NCBI GenBank assembly: GCA_963749215.1
Contig: CAVVMA010000018.1
Coordinates: 51,513-115,512 of the forward strand
Direction of reading: 5' to 3'
DNA from: an uncultured delta proteobacterium
GTDB lineage: Bacteria; Desulfobacterota; Binatia; Binatales; Binataceae
DNA length: 64,000 nt
A program made the translations under genes and the position numbers. The first letter of the stretch is position 1. Every line of letters starts with the position of its first letter. Shown here one piece after another: positions 12,301 through 22,399 of the stretch. The notes below the pieces were generated by a model. That model saw only the letters and a list, made by a program, of their open reading frames with translations. It ran no database searches and was not told the origin of the DNA.

Positions 12301-12789
12301 AGCGTGACGAGCAACACGTGCGGCACCGGAAGTTTACTGCTCGCGCCTAACGCCGGATGCACCGTCAAGGTGGGATTCCAGGCCAAGGCGGCCGGCTCGC
12401 GTTCGGCCACGCTGGTGTTTGTCGACAGCGCCACGAATAGCCCTCAGACCGTGTCGCTCGCCGGCGCAGGCGTGCAGGGCAAAGTGGCCATCAGTCCGAT
12501 GTCGGTAAATTTCTCTCCGCAGAAAGTCGGAACGCCAAGCCCGGCCCGGCCCGTCGCGATCAGCAACAACAACCCGATAGCGATGGGAATTCAGTCAATC
12601 GCCATCGTTGGTCCCGCTGACTTCACCTTCTCGACCGCTTGCCCGACGAGCCTCGCGGCCAACCGAAGCTGCGCCGTCAAAGTGGTCTTCAATCCGACGA
12701 CTACCGGAACGCGCACCGGGACACTTCAGATTACCGACGACGCCGTCGGCAGCCCACAGCAGATCAACCTAAGCGGCCAAGGCCGGTAG
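9373..12789 (+). CDS. Secreted BNR/Asp-box (VPS10/sialidase-like) beta-propeller protein with two C-terminal choice-of-anchor-D-like Ig domains
   Basis: N-terminal signal/TM segment, repeated S.D.G.TW Asp-boxes (KSTDGGGTW, RSSDGGVTW, RSTDSGTTW), GT.NGGVWKS, and C-terminal ..SATNSPQTVSLAG.. and ..DDAVGSPQQINLSGQG modules. Confidence 0.8.
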   Translation: MRQAGRRGFSRLHGLVLIAAGGLLLLTGYSASLAFAEAAYQFLLLPNAATPEYLNAPATSVDISRSAPAATSVPAWTFIGPEHLNEPVNFGGPLFTPTATPAATPTATPPGTYTATGRVTSIAFDSQSSNIFVGTANGGVWKSADLGATFQPLTPTVPASSIGTEAIGAIAIDPSTTPSTLYVATGEANNSADSYYGQGIFKSTNLGNSWKSLGVGLFNHAAFSRLVIVPNSPGPTIFAAAGLGFSAGRGDPDFQENAGTTTNGLFRSTDGGGSWFHYAGGAFKTATPTPTPMPTSTATPVPPPTKFSCTVPGTANEPCPANDVAIDPGNPLNVYVAIQTDDVFASSDGGITFTAACFSNDEPSCSFPRVHNQIGRASIAVGPHAPGAPLACSGSTKACGTVYVMLGAPDGVEYNGFFKSTDGGGTWTAGTVPSFVYPLSHETLDGTSSQDLTLSSSDQTLMADPLDSTGSTVFFGGVGLYESTNSGVSWTFIAGNGGTHSGQHALAFDSMDNNTVFLGNDGGAFEFALSAISGGKATFTSLSNTIAAAQIRSIAPLPTNNNFAFAASGDNGLLRFSAFSPIPVGWPSVDTGDVGMALFDHADPNFAYHTFATTGAGASLSRSSDGGVTWDSVDPTGSIQSAMSLAHDAGANLYPPLAGDPAVPGRVFFGSHFIYESTDAMLTWQRQENTDLTGGCPDGTCALQDIEFARSDETRAWALSIASNSNGGVTNPAAAPFTISFVPPFDTTFKLFNTTQANLSNGAVWNDVTGNFTSNVEINLPQLQATGIAADPNNPMIAYLSLSGSRAATGVGHLYRTTNFGASWTMLDGAFFSPTALPDVPVLKVMVERSDVTGSTIYVGTDIGVYRSTDSGTTWATFNQGTNPPVPIFDLEENDNNLIFLGTYGRGVYTMVAPQPAPVSLTVNPSTIKFGNSLVFGSNGQALMPVAVNLSDPKNSKQSRPVLMTNAPRITGDADFSVTSNTCGTGSLLLAPNAGCTVKVGFQAKAAGSRSATLVFVDSATNSPQTVSLAGAGVQGKVAISPMSVNFSPQKVGTPSPARPVAISNNNPIAMGIQSIAIVGPADFTFSTACPTSLAANRSCAVKVVFNPTTTGTRTGTLQITDDAVGSPQQINLSGQGR

Positions 12790-12801
12790 ACTAAAGCCCG
12801 C

Positions 12802-12845
12802 GGCGATCAAAATCGTCCGTGGGTTCGAATCGCACTTCCTCCACC
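12802..12845 (+). other. Degenerate 3' half of a class II tRNA (or tmRNA-like 3' end); not a functional tRNA
   Basis: GGCGAT-CAAA-ATCGTC stem-loop (variable-arm-like), C, GTGGG-TTCGAAT-CGCAC T-arm with one mismatch, TTCCTCC-A-CC acceptor strand. No matching 5' half upstream. Confidence 0.4.
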
Positions 12846-12861
12846 GGTAGAATCGGTCGCT

Positions 12862-13545
12862 ATGAGTGAGTCCTCGGTAAAGCGGGCCTTCGATCAGGCG
12901 GCGCGCGACTACGATCGCACGCGGCGCAAGCTCATCCCGTGTTTCGACGATTTCTATCGCGCCGCGATCGACGCGATCCGGTTCGATCGCCACGAGCCGA
13001 TTCGCGTGCTCGACCTCGGCGCCGGCACCGGCCTGATGTCCTTCTATGTTGGATCATCGTTCCAGAACGCGGCCGTCACGCTGGTCGATATCTCCGAAGA
13101 GATGATGGCGCAGGCCCGCGAGCGCCTCGAAATCGGCGGCGACCGCTTTCGCTTCGAGCTTGCGGATTTCGCCGAACGGCCGATCGAGGAAAAATACGAG
13201 GTCATCGTTTCGGCGCTGTCGATCCATCATCTCGCCGACTCGAGGAAGCGGGTGCTGTTCGGCAAAATTTTCAACGCGCTCGAGCCGGGCGGAGTGTTCG
13301 TCAACGCCGACCAGGTGCGCGGCGAGACCGACTCGATCGAGCAGCGAAATCACGAGCACTGGCTCATCCGCGCGCGCGAGCACGGCGTGGAGGAGTCCGC
13401 CCTGCGCGCGGCGCTCGATCGGATGACGCTCGATCGCGCAGCCACTCTCGACGAGCAACTCGGATGGCTTCGCGAGGCCGGTTTTCGCGAGGTCGCCTGC
13501 GAGTACAAGAACCTGATCTTCGCCGTATATTGCGCCCGCAAATGA
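12862..13545 (+). CDS. Class I SAM-dependent methyltransferase
   Basis: VLDLGAGTG motif I, VDIS..M, SALSIHHL, LEPGGVFVNAD. Confidence 0.9.
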   Translation: MSESSVKRAFDQAARDYDRTRRKLIPCFDDFYRAAIDAIRFDRHEPIRVLDLGAGTGLMSFYVGSSFQNAAVTLVDISEEMMAQARERLEIGGDRFRFELADFAERPIEEKYEVIVSALSIHHLADSRKRVLFGKIFNALEPGGVFVNADQVRGETDSIEQRNHEHWLIRAREHGVEESALRAALDRMTLDRAATLDEQLGWLREAGFREVACEYKNLIFAVYCARK

Positions 13546-13712
13546 AGGCGCCAAGCGAGCGCCGAGTCTGCGCGACATGAGGATGTTCCGCCGTTTCCCG
13601 TTCCGTACCGACACGAGCGACAGGCATCGCGTTTGCTTGTGCGTCATAGATCGCGCGGTGCGGCAGGCTTGACGGCTGAAGCGCAGGCAATCCGCGCAGC
13701 GCGCGCGATCGT

Positions 13713-15197
13713 ATGAGCATGACTGCCGCCGATGTAAGCAAATCGCTGCCCGTTTGGGCGGCGTATCGTGCCGGCGAAGGGCTGTTCGACGAGATGCTCG
13801 ATCTCGCCAAGGGCCGCAACTCCCGAGCTCTGCCGATAACCGAAGCGCTGCTCTCGATGCCGCCGGAGGCGCTCGCAGAATTGTGCGCGCGAGCCGAAGC
13901 GATGTTCCGCCGGATGGGCGTAACGTTCAACGTCTACGGCTCCGAGGACGGCGCCGAGCGAATCTTCCCGTTCGATCCGATCCCCAGGGTCATCGACGCC
14001 GAGACCTGGGCCACGCTCGAAGCGGGCCTGATCCAGCGCGTCCGCGTGCTGAACGCGTTCCTGGCCGACGTTTACGGCGAGGCCTGTATCTTCAAGGACG
14101 GCGTGGTGCCTCGCGACCTGATCCTCGGCTGCCCCCAGTTCAGGCGCGCCGCCGCCGGAATCCGCCCTCCACTCGGCAACTACGTGATCGTCGGCGGAAT
14201 CGATCTGGTGCGCGGTCCCGACGGCCGCTTTCACGTGCTTGAAGACAACGTCCGCACGCCCTCGGGCGTGTCGTACGTGCTGGAGAATCGGGTCGTGATG
14301 ACGCGGCTGCTCCCCGATCTGATTCGCGCCTGCCGGGTCCGCAGCGTCGAGCGCTATCCGACCGATCTGCTCCAGTGCCTGTGCGAGATCGCGCCGGGTG
14401 GAAAATCGCAACCAACGGTAGCGCTGCTCACGCCCGGTCCTTTCAACTCCGCGTTTTTCGAGCACGTCTTTCTCTCGCAGCAGATGGGTGTGGAGTTGGT
14501 CGAGGGGCGCGACCTGGTCTGCATGGACTTGAAGCTTTACATGAAGACCGTTCACGGCCTGCACCAGGTCGACGTGCTCTACCGCCGGGTGGACGATGAC
14601 TTCCTCGATCCGATGGTCTTCCGGTCCGACTCGGAGCTCGGCGTGCCGGGGCTGGCCGCAGTGCTTCGCGCCGGCAACGCTGCGATCGCCAATGCGATCG
14701 GAACCGGCGTCGCCGACGACAAAGCCGTATACGCCTACACGCCCGCGATGATCCGCTACTACTTCGGCGAGGAGCCGATTATCCCGATCGTCGAGACCTA
14801 TTTGCTGCGCGATCGCGATGCGCGCGAGATGGTGCTCAAGGAACTCGACCGTTACGTGGTCAAGCCGACCGGCGCGTCGGGCGGCTACGGCGTCGTGATC
14901 GGCCCGCACGCCGGCGAGCGCGAGCTGGAGGAGACGCGCCTGCAAATAATGCGCGATCCGGCGGCGTTCATCGCGCAGCCGGTAGTTTCGCTGTCGGTCC
15001 ATCCGACGGTCGTCAACGGCCGGCCCGACCCGACTCTGGCGCCTCGCCATATCGATTTGCGTCCGTTCGTGCTGCTCGGCGCGAAGCCCCGGGTGCTGCC
15101 GGGCGGGCTGACGCGGGTGGCGCTGCGCGAGGGCTCGCTGATCGTCAACTCGTCGCGGGGGGGCGGCAGCAAGGATACCTGGGTGCTAGAGGCTTAG
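13713..15197 (+). CDS. Circularly permuted type 2 ATP-grasp protein
   Basis: [97 protein letters not shown]. Confidence 0.93.
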   Translation: MSMTAADVSKSLPVWAAYRAGEGLFDEMLDLAKGRNSRALPITEALLSMPPEALAELCARAEAMFRRMGVTFNVYGSEDGAERIFPFDPIPRVIDAETWATLEAGLIQRVRVLNAFLADVYGEACIFKDGVVPRDLILGCPQFRRAAAGIRPPLGNYVIVGGIDLVRGPDGRFHVLEDNVRTPSGVSYVLENRVVMTRLLPDLIRACRVRSVERYPTDLLQCLCEIAPGGKSQPTVALLTPGPFNSAFFEHVFLSQQMGVELVEGRDLVCMDLKLYMKTVHGLHQVDVLYRRVDDDFLDPMVFRSDSELGVPGLAAVLRAGNAAIANAIGTGVADDKAVYAYTPAMIRYYFGEEPIIPIVETYLLRDRDAREMVLKELDRYVVKPTGASGGYGVVIGPHAGERELEETRLQIMRDPAAFIAQPVVSLSVHPTVVNGRPDPTLAPRHIDLRPFVLLGAKPRVLPGGLTRVALREGSLIVNSSRGGGSKDTWVLEA

Positions 15198-16139
15198 GTG
15201 CTCAAACGAATCGCCGACCATCTGTTCTGGACCGCGCGCAACCTGGAGAGAGCCGAATGGCGCGCGCGACTGGCCGAAGTGAACTACCAGCTCCTGATCG
15301 AGACTCCGCCCCGCGATTTGCAGCCGTGGGAGCCGCTGCTCGCGATCTTCGGCGAGCGCGAGGAATTCAGCAGCCTGTACGCGACCGCTGATGAAGCCTC
15401 GGTGCTGAACTTCTTCACGCTGGACGCCAATAACCCCAACTCGATCCGCAACTGTATCAATGTTGCGCGCACCAACGCTCGCGCGCTCAGGAACCAGATC
15501 TCCTCCGAGTTGTGGCTGAGCCTGAACACGCTCTACCTGGCGGCGCAGGAATGGACCCCCGAGGTTTTCAAATCGCCGGGCGTGTTCGCCTTCTTCGCCG
15601 AGCTCAAGGACAGCTTCTACCAGCTCGCCGGAATCAGGCGCGGCACGATGCCGCGCGATCTCTCCTACGATTTCATGGAGCTCGGGATCATGCTCGAGCG
15701 CGCCGAAGACGTCTCGCGGATGCTGGATGTTAAGTACCACTTCCTGCTCCCCCGGCTGGAGGACGTTGGCGGCGCCATCGATCTGCTGCAATGGGCGGCG
15801 GTGTTGCGCAGCGCGTCGGGGCTCGAGGCTTATCGCAAGCGCTATGGCGGCGCGATTCGGGTCGACAACGTGGTCGATATCCTGCTCTTCGATTCGACCT
15901 TCCCGCGCTCGGCGCTTTATTCGGTCGAGCGCCTCGGCGCCTTCCTCAGTCATATCGCCGCGGCCGCGCCTGACTCCTCGCCCGCTTCGGCGGCGGCCGG
16001 CAAGCTGCTCGACGAGATTCGGGCCGGAAAGCCCGGCGAGGTCATCCAACAGGGGCTGCATCCGTTCCTGTTGCACCTCCAGGATTCCTGCGCCGAAATC
16101 TCCGAGCTGGTGTTCGACGAATATCTGAAAGCCGCCTGA
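15198..16139 (+). CDS. Alpha-E domain-containing protein (DUF403)
   Basis: MLKRIADHLFW.AR.LERAE start, ARTNARALR.QISSELW, LERAE..SR.LDVKY, FPRS. Directly after the ATP-grasp gene. Confidence 0.92.
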   Translation: MLKRIADHLFWTARNLERAEWRARLAEVNYQLLIETPPRDLQPWEPLLAIFGEREEFSSLYATADEASVLNFFTLDANNPNSIRNCINVARTNARALRNQISSELWLSLNTLYLAAQEWTPEVFKSPGVFAFFAELKDSFYQLAGIRRGTMPRDLSYDFMELGIMLERAEDVSRMLDVKYHFLLPRLEDVGGAIDLLQWAAVLRSASGLEAYRKRYGGAIRVDNVVDILLFDSTFPRSALYSVERLGAFLSHIAAAAPDSSPASAAAGKLLDEIRAGKPGEVIQQGLHPFLLHLQDSCAEISELVFDEYLKAA

Positions 16140-17047
16140 TGCTGTTTCAAATCCGCCACACGACCGGCTTCAAATACGAGCAGCCCGCCTACGAGTCGCA
16201 CAATGAGCTTCGGATGCGGCCGCTGGAGGGGCCGCGCCAGCGATGTATCAGCTTCGGGCTCGAAATCGATCCGGTCGGCGCGATCCTGGAGTACCAGGAC
16301 TTCTACGGCAACTCGGTCCATGCGCTCTCGGTTTATCCGCCGCATGGAGCGCTCGCGATCGTCGCGCAATCGCTCGTGGAGCGATTACCCGAAGGCGACG
16401 ACGCCGCCGGTGCGATGACGTTCCGCGAGTTCCTGGCGCGCGATTTGTCACGCAACCGGCTTGAGTACGATTTCCTGAATCCGAGCATCTACGTTCCCTT
16501 CAGCGATCCGCTCAGGAAGTTCTTCTGGATGGCCCATCCCGCCAGCGACGAGGATGTGTTCGAGTACGTGCAGCGCGTGGTGAGTTTCGTGTGCGGTCAA
16601 TTCGAGTACGAACCCGGCCTGACGGAGGTCCATTCTACGGCGGACGAAATCCTGACGATTGGCGGCGGCGTATGCCAGGACTTCGCGCATCTAACGATCG
16701 GCGTGCTGAGGCTGGCCGGCGTTCCGGCCCGCTACGTCTCGGGATATCTGGCGCCCGCGCCGGGTTCCAAGGCACGTGCCGCGCCGAGTGCCAGCCACGC
16801 CTGGATCGAGGCGCAGGTGCCGCTGCTCGGATGGGTGGGCTTCGATCCGACCCATGGCTGCCGCTCCGACTATCGCCATATCAGGATCGCGATCGGCCGC
16901 GACTATGCGGACGTCCCGCCGATCAAGGGAGTTTTTCGCAGCGCGGGCGGCGAGCAGAAGATGACGGTGGAGCTCGATATCGAGCCTGTCAGCAGTGCCC
17001 AGACCGCACCACCCGGCTATTCGGGCCAGTCTCAATCGCAGCAGTGA
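16139..17047 (+). CDS. Transglutaminase family protein
   Basis: N-terminal I.HTT.F.Y, catalytic GVCQDFAH, ARYVSGY, SHAWIE, GFDPT, IAIGRDYADVPP. Confidence 0.93.
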   Translation: MLFQIRHTTGFKYEQPAYESHNELRMRPLEGPRQRCISFGLEIDPVGAILEYQDFYGNSVHALSVYPPHGALAIVAQSLVERLPEGDDAAGAMTFREFLARDLSRNRLEYDFLNPSIYVPFSDPLRKFFWMAHPASDEDVFEYVQRVVSFVCGQFEYEPGLTEVHSTADEILTIGGGVCQDFAHLTIGVLRLAGVPARYVSGYLAPAPGSKARAAPSASHAWIEAQVPLLGWVGFDPTHGCRSDYRHIRIAIGRDYADVPPIKGVFRSAGGEQKMTVELDIEPVSSAQTAPPGYSGQSQSQQ

Positions 17048-17255
17048 GCGGGGAAGTCCGCCGAGCAGGGCTGGTCTGCCGGGTTTAGGAAAATGCTTTG
17101 CCTAAGATGCGCCATTGGCGGAGCGAGCGGTCAAGGAACGGACACTCTAGAGTCACGGGTGGTTAATCGGGATTTCACACGGATGTGAGAGCATAGGGCG
17201 CCGTTGTGCCGCCACGCGGAATGCGGCCCCATGATGGGGAGGCAGAGGAATTCGG

Positions 17256-18662
17256 ATGGCTGACTTCGAGTATGACCTTGTAGCGATCGGGTCCGGACCG
17301 GCGGGTCATCACGCCGCGATTCAGGCCGCCAAGCTGCGCAAGCGCGTGATGGTCGTGGAGCGCAAGGCGATCGTCGGCGGAACCTGCATGAACACCGGCA
17401 CGATTCCGAGCAAGACCATGCGCGAGGCGGTGCTCTATCTCTCCGGCTATCGCGAACATGCGATCTACGGCGAGTCGTACAAGGTCAAGGAGAAAATCAC
17501 CCTGCAGGATCTGCTCTTTCGGGTCGATCCGGTGGTCCGCCATGAAATCGATGTGATGCGCCATCAGTTGCAGCGCAACAATGTCGAGTTGACGCATGCG
17601 GAGGCTTCGTTTCAGGACGCGCATACTCTGCGGCTCAATTTCGACAACGGCGGAGGCGTGCGGCAGATCACCACCGACAAGGTTCTGGTGGGGGTGGGAA
17701 CCGAAGCGGTGCGCGATCCCCGGATGCCGCTGGACGGGCGCTGCGTCTTCTCCAGCGACAACATCTTTTTGATGGACGGGTTGCCGCAGACCCTCACTGT
17801 GATCGGCGCGGGCGTGATCGGATGCGAGTACGCGAGCATGTTCGCCGCGCTTGGCGTCCGCGTCACCGTGGTCGAGAAGCGCGCGCGCCTGCTTCCCTTC
17901 GTCGACTCGGAGATAGTCGAGGCGCTTACCTACCATCTGCGCGAGAAGCGGGTCACGCTGCGCCTTGGAGAGGAAGTCGACTGCGTTGAGCTGATCGAAG
18001 ACGCCAACGGCAAACGTGTTCGCGTGAAGCTCGTGAGCGGCAAGCAGATAGTGAGCGACAAGGTGCTGTGCAGCACGGGGCGCAGCGGCGCGACCTCGAA
18101 GCTGAACCTGGAGGCGATTGGCGTTAAAACCGACGATCGCGGGCGGATTAAAGTCAACAACTTCCTCCAATCAGAAGTCCCGTCGATTTATGCCGCCGGC
18201 GACGTGATCGGATTCCCAAGCCTCGCGTCCACTTCAAAAGAGCAAGGTCGAATCGCTGCTTGTCATGCCTTTGGTCACGAGACTGCTCATACTCCCGAGT
18301 TCTTTCCCTACGGCGTGTACACGATTCCGGAAATCTCGTTCGTGGGCCGCACCGAGGACGAGCTGACCGAAGCGGGCGTGCCGTACGAGATCGGCAAGGC
18401 CAACTATCGCGAGATCGCGCGCGGGCAGATTCTCGGCGACACGATCGGGATGCTCAAGCTGATCTTCCATCGCGAGACCCTCAGTCTGCTCGGCGTGCAC
18501 GTGATCGGCGAGGGCGCCGTCGAGCTGGTCCATATCGGGCAGGCGGTGATGGCGCTCGACGGCAAGCTCGACTACTTCATCCGCACGGTCTTCAACTACC
18601 CGACGCTCGCCGAGTGCTACAAGAACGCCGCGTTCGACGGGATCAACCGCTTGCAGAATTAG
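17256..18662 (+). CDS. sthA: Soluble Si-specific NAD(P)+ transhydrogenase
   Basis: IGSGPAG FAD motif, GGTCMNTGTIPSKTMREA (single Cys, SthA type), GAGVIGCEYASMF, YAAGDVIGFPSLA, FNYPTLAECYK. Confidence 0.92.
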   Translation: MADFEYDLVAIGSGPAGHHAAIQAAKLRKRVMVVERKAIVGGTCMNTGTIPSKTMREAVLYLSGYREHAIYGESYKVKEKITLQDLLFRVDPVVRHEIDVMRHQLQRNNVELTHAEASFQDAHTLRLNFDNGGGVRQITTDKVLVGVGTEAVRDPRMPLDGRCVFSSDNIFLMDGLPQTLTVIGAGVIGCEYASMFAALGVRVTVVEKRARLLPFVDSEIVEALTYHLREKRVTLRLGEEVDCVELIEDANGKRVRVKLVSGKQIVSDKVLCSTGRSGATSKLNLEAIGVKTDDRGRIKVNNFLQSEVPSIYAAGDVIGFPSLASTSKEQGRIAACHAFGHETAHTPEFFPYGVYTIPEISFVGRTEDELTEAGVPYEIGKANYREIARGQILGDTIGMLKLIFHRETLSLLGVHVIGEGAVELVHIGQAVMALDGKLDYFIRTVFNYPTLAECYKNAAFDGINRLQN

Positions 18663-18683
18663 TTCGGGACTCGAGAGCCCGAA
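18663..18683. terminator. Possible hairpin terminator between convergent sthA and S53 peptidase genes
   Basis: TTCGGG-A-CTC-GA-GAG-CCCGAA inverted repeat immediately after the sthA stop. Confidence 0.35.
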
Positions 18684-18702
18684 TCGCCCGCCGCTGCGGC
18701 CG

Positions 18703-21700
18703 TCAGTTCGGCACCAGCGCCCACGAGGTCGCCCACTCATAGCCGGTGCACTTGGGTTTCACCGAGGTTACGCTGACACCTGCGAACTGCTCGGTGGTAA
18801 AGAAACTCGTGTCGCCGGGATACGACAACGGATCTGATAGTCGTCGCGCTGTATCCGCCGGTGGGTATCGAGGTCTGAAGCCCCATCGTGCAGGCCTGGT
18901 ATGAGCCCAGACCCTGGCCGCCGTTGTAAAAGTTGGGAGCCCCCTGAGCGGCGTTGTTAGGAGTCAATACATAGGCCGAGCTCATATAGCCACTGGTCGA
19001 GCTTCCAGGTATCGCAGTAAAGCCGACCAGGACATCGCAGGTCGGGCCGTTCCCGCTGTACTTGGTACAGTTCGAGTCGACCGCGAGGCTGGGATTGACG
19101 ACATTCTGAGGGATCAGGTTGCCACCGCCAATCCGGTTGAAGGCCAGGACTTGCCCCGCGAACAGGCCGTTCGACGCCAGATTAAGCTCCCACCATTGCG
19201 CCGCCAACGCGGGCTTCGAGCCCGGTAACCCGACCGTCTGGGCAGCCCACAGCGCCCCGTTCCTCTGCACGCACGAGGTGAAACGCGTGTCGCCGGGATT
19301 GAAGGCAACCTTGGTCGAGCTGCCGTTCTGCGCGACCGATTGCGCGGGCGCGACCCACGATGAAGGCGCCGCAATCGTGTCGATATCGGGCAGGAGGGAC
19401 GGACCGGGAGCTGTGTTCAACAGCTCGCTTAGCTCGACTTTCGAGGTCGAGTTGTTGGGAACGTTTATCACGGGAAGGAAGGTCAGCTCGGAACTGTCCA
19501 CAGGGGTGCCTGGGGCGGGAGCATACCACTGCGTCGGACACGCGTTTTGGAGCGCGACATCCCAACTCGGCTGCACAGTCGGGGTGATCTTCGGATCGTT
19601 CGCTATCGGCTGAAACCCAAGCGCCGGTTGAGTCGAACTGTTGCCGCACTCCAGTGCGTCGTGCGACATGCCCAGCATGCCCGGATGCCAAGTGCCGTTG
19701 TAGTAGTAATTGTTCACGGCCACGGCTATGAAATGGATGTTCCAGCCAAGCTGCGGAGAATCGGCGCAGCCCTGCCTGGCGTTGCAATCCGCCGGGAGAA
19801 AAGCCTGATGCCACTGCGAAGGGGGAACGGTGGGATCGCTGCCGGGAGAGGAAGCGATGAGTATCCCCGCCGTCCCGATCGCGGGACGCTTCCCGTTCTG
19901 GTCCGGCGTCGCCGCCGATCCGGCCGTGCCCAGCTCGACGATTAGCCAGCGCCCGCCCGGCGCACATCCTGCGACGTGGACGTAGCACGACGCGCTGGCG
20001 GGACTCTCGGCGGTGCAGGGGCCGCTGGCGTCGTAGTAGACCCGGCCCTGGTTCGGAACCGCGGCATTCGGCCCGCTTGAGCGCGGTGAGCCGAGACTCC
20101 TGGTGAAAAAATTAACGTCGTCAATCGGGTTCCCTACGACGTTCCCGGATCGATCGTAAATTACGATCCGGTTGTTGGTTTTCAGAACGAAGTTGCTGGG
20201 ACCAAGTGCGCCGCTGGAACCCGACGGGTTGACGGTGTTGTTGATGAGGCCGTCGCTGGAGGCCCACGATATTCCGGTTCCGGAGACCATCGTGGGTATG
20301 GCCGTGGGCGCCGGAACTGGAGAGGGAGTCGGAGTCGGCGTAGCTATCGGCGTGGGAGTAGGCGTGGGGGTTGGGGTCGCGATCGGTGTCGGCTCCGGCG
20401 TAGGAACCGGAACGCCGAGGAATGCCGCGGCGAAGTCTGCGACATCCGGCGAGCCCCATCCGGTGGCTTGATCGTAAAGCGGGCCCGCGTCGAAACCCAT
20501 CACGGAATTGAAACTGTTGTTGCCGACGGTGACGTTGCGAAGGCCGACGTTGGAAAAATCTTCCATTGGCCCAAGCTGATAGAGCCGCGGGTTGATATTT
20601 CCCAATCGCCCGCCGTTTAGTTGCGCGATCAGCGTCGCGAAACCGGCCCAGATCGGCGCGCTGAAGCTGGTACCGACGCCGCAGCAGTCGAGTTCTCCGT
20701 TTTCAGAGGTCACATAGAACCCTGCGGGAGCCGGCCAATGCCGCAACGTCGGGAACATCGCGTGCGCCGTCGTCCGGCGTCACGCCTTTCTGGTAATCGG
20801 GCTTGGGGTACGCCGCGCTCGCGCCCCCTCCGCTTGCGCCTTCGCCCCTGTCGTTCCAGACTTGTTCTTGTACGAAGCCAACGTCGTTGCCCGATGAGTC
20901 GAAGTTGGGCGTGGCTTGCGTGCCGCCCACCGAAGTCACGTTGGGATTGGCCGATATTTCGTTCACCCCGCGGGTTTTCTCGGCCACGCAGGTCAACTTC
21001 GAGGGGTCGCCTCCAAGCCCGGCGGCCCCGTAGTCCCACGAGGCGACGAATGACGTCATCCCCTGGCTGGCCGCCTGACTGGCCAGCGTGCCCGCGACTC
21101 CGGGGAAGAAACTCTCGGGCGTGCCGCACGATCCGAGACTGGTGCTGCTTACTCCGCAGGAATTGTCATTAACGGCACTCTGGGCAGCCTGTGTAGTTGC
21201 AGTTATTCCTCCGACAGTGGACCCGTTTCCGATGTAAACCTTGAGTGCGGCGCCGGGAGCAGCCGCGTGTGCCCATTCAACGTCCAGTATCGCTTCGAAC
21301 TCGAGCAGGGTCGGACTATCGCCGGGGCTGGTGGTGGGGAACACGCGCGTGACGACGGGATCGGGCAACGAAAATTCCTGATCGAACGCTTCTACTCCGG
21401 CGTCCGGGTAGTCCGAGAGTTCGATAAAGGCAATGCAGTCGCTGCCGTGGCCATCGACACCTGCCTCCAGCAGCGGGGTCTCGTCGTAAAAGGTATGCAG
21501 ATCGGACGGTCCGAACGCGTTGCCCCTGAACTCGGGTTCCGGCCGAGCGTCGGCGATACCTTGGCTGAGGAGGCTCGCCAATTGCAGTGGTCGAAATTGC
21601 GGCTCGCCCCGCGTCGGATCCGCGTGAGAGGCCGCAACCACGACGCGCAGATTGTCGAGACCGTCGATGAACGCGATTACGCCGTCGAAGCGCGCCGGTA

Positions 21701-22229
21701 TCGAAGGCTCCCAGGCATTGCCGAAAAATTTCCCGTCCTCCGAGCCTAAGATCGGCGACCCGAACATCTGCTCGGCATGCGCGACCGTGTCCGCGAATCG
21801 AATCTGACGGGACTTGATGTCCGCCGACTCGATGTTGACATTCTGCGAATGAAGCCAGTCCAGCGCAGCGCTGAAGTCCGTCTGGGTCGGACCAAAGCGC
21901 GCGGCAAACTCGTCGGGCGTCAGCCAGCGATGATACTGCGGGGAGCTGGGATCCTGCTGATCGGCCAGCAACTTGTCGAGCGCGGCCTGATTGCGCAAGG
22001 CGAAGAAAATCGTGAGATCGAGCGGTTTGTCGCCTGCGGCCCGGCGAGTGAGGGGCAGATTGGAGATCGACGTGGAGACATTCCCGCGAAGCTGGACTGT
22101 GCCCGCGTTGGCTACGCCGAGGCACATCGATGCCGCAAAGGCTAAGGCGCAGAGAACGCGTTGCGTCCTTCCCGTCTCCGGCACGTGCGGGAATGGGGGC
22201 GCCAAAACCACCCGCGTCTCGCGGTCCAT
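18703..22229 (-). pseudogene. Secreted S53 (sedolisin/kumamolisin) peptidase with pro-domain, Pro-Thr linker and uncharacterised C-terminal domain; two apparent +1 frameshifts, likely sequencing errors
   Basis: Signal peptide, pro-domain (LTIFFALRNQ..L..LL..QQDP.SP.Y..WLTP..FA.RFGP), EAILDVEWAHAAAPGA, ASWDYG, VGGT, RDVPDVA. Deleting one C at about 20727 joins this to GFYV..GTS.SAPIWAG. Deleting one base at about 18836 gives C-terminus TIDPLSYPGDTSFFTTEQFA..WATSWALVPN* ending at 18703. Confidence 0.85.
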
Positions 22230-22372
22230 TGGGTCATGCCCCGGAGTAATTCGTCCGGGCCGGTCTGGCTGGGTCCGCCCGCGCGCTCTGTTCCACGACC
22301 CAGCCCATGAGATCAAGAGAAACCCTAACGAATGGACCACACCACAACGCTGACACGAATGTCAATCGGGCT

Positions 22373-22380
22373 CACATTGG
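22373..22380. repeat. Left target-site duplication CACATTGG
   Basis: The identical 8-mer occurs directly outside the right TIR (25654-25661). Confidence 0.93.
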
Positions 22381-22399
22381 GGTGGTGTCCTAATCTGAA
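22381..22399. repeat. Terminal inverted repeat (left in window)
   Basis: GGTGGTGTCCTAATCTGAA. Confidence 0.93.

Noticed and set aside
12790-12850. Complete tRNA or tmRNA gene
   Set aside because: No 5' acceptor strand or D-arm, the T-stem has a mismatch and the end is CCG; kept only as a remnant.
13713-17047. RiPP (graspetide) biosynthetic cluster
   Set aside because: The ATP-grasp is the circularly permuted type paired with alpha-E, and no precursor peptide or exporter is adjacent.
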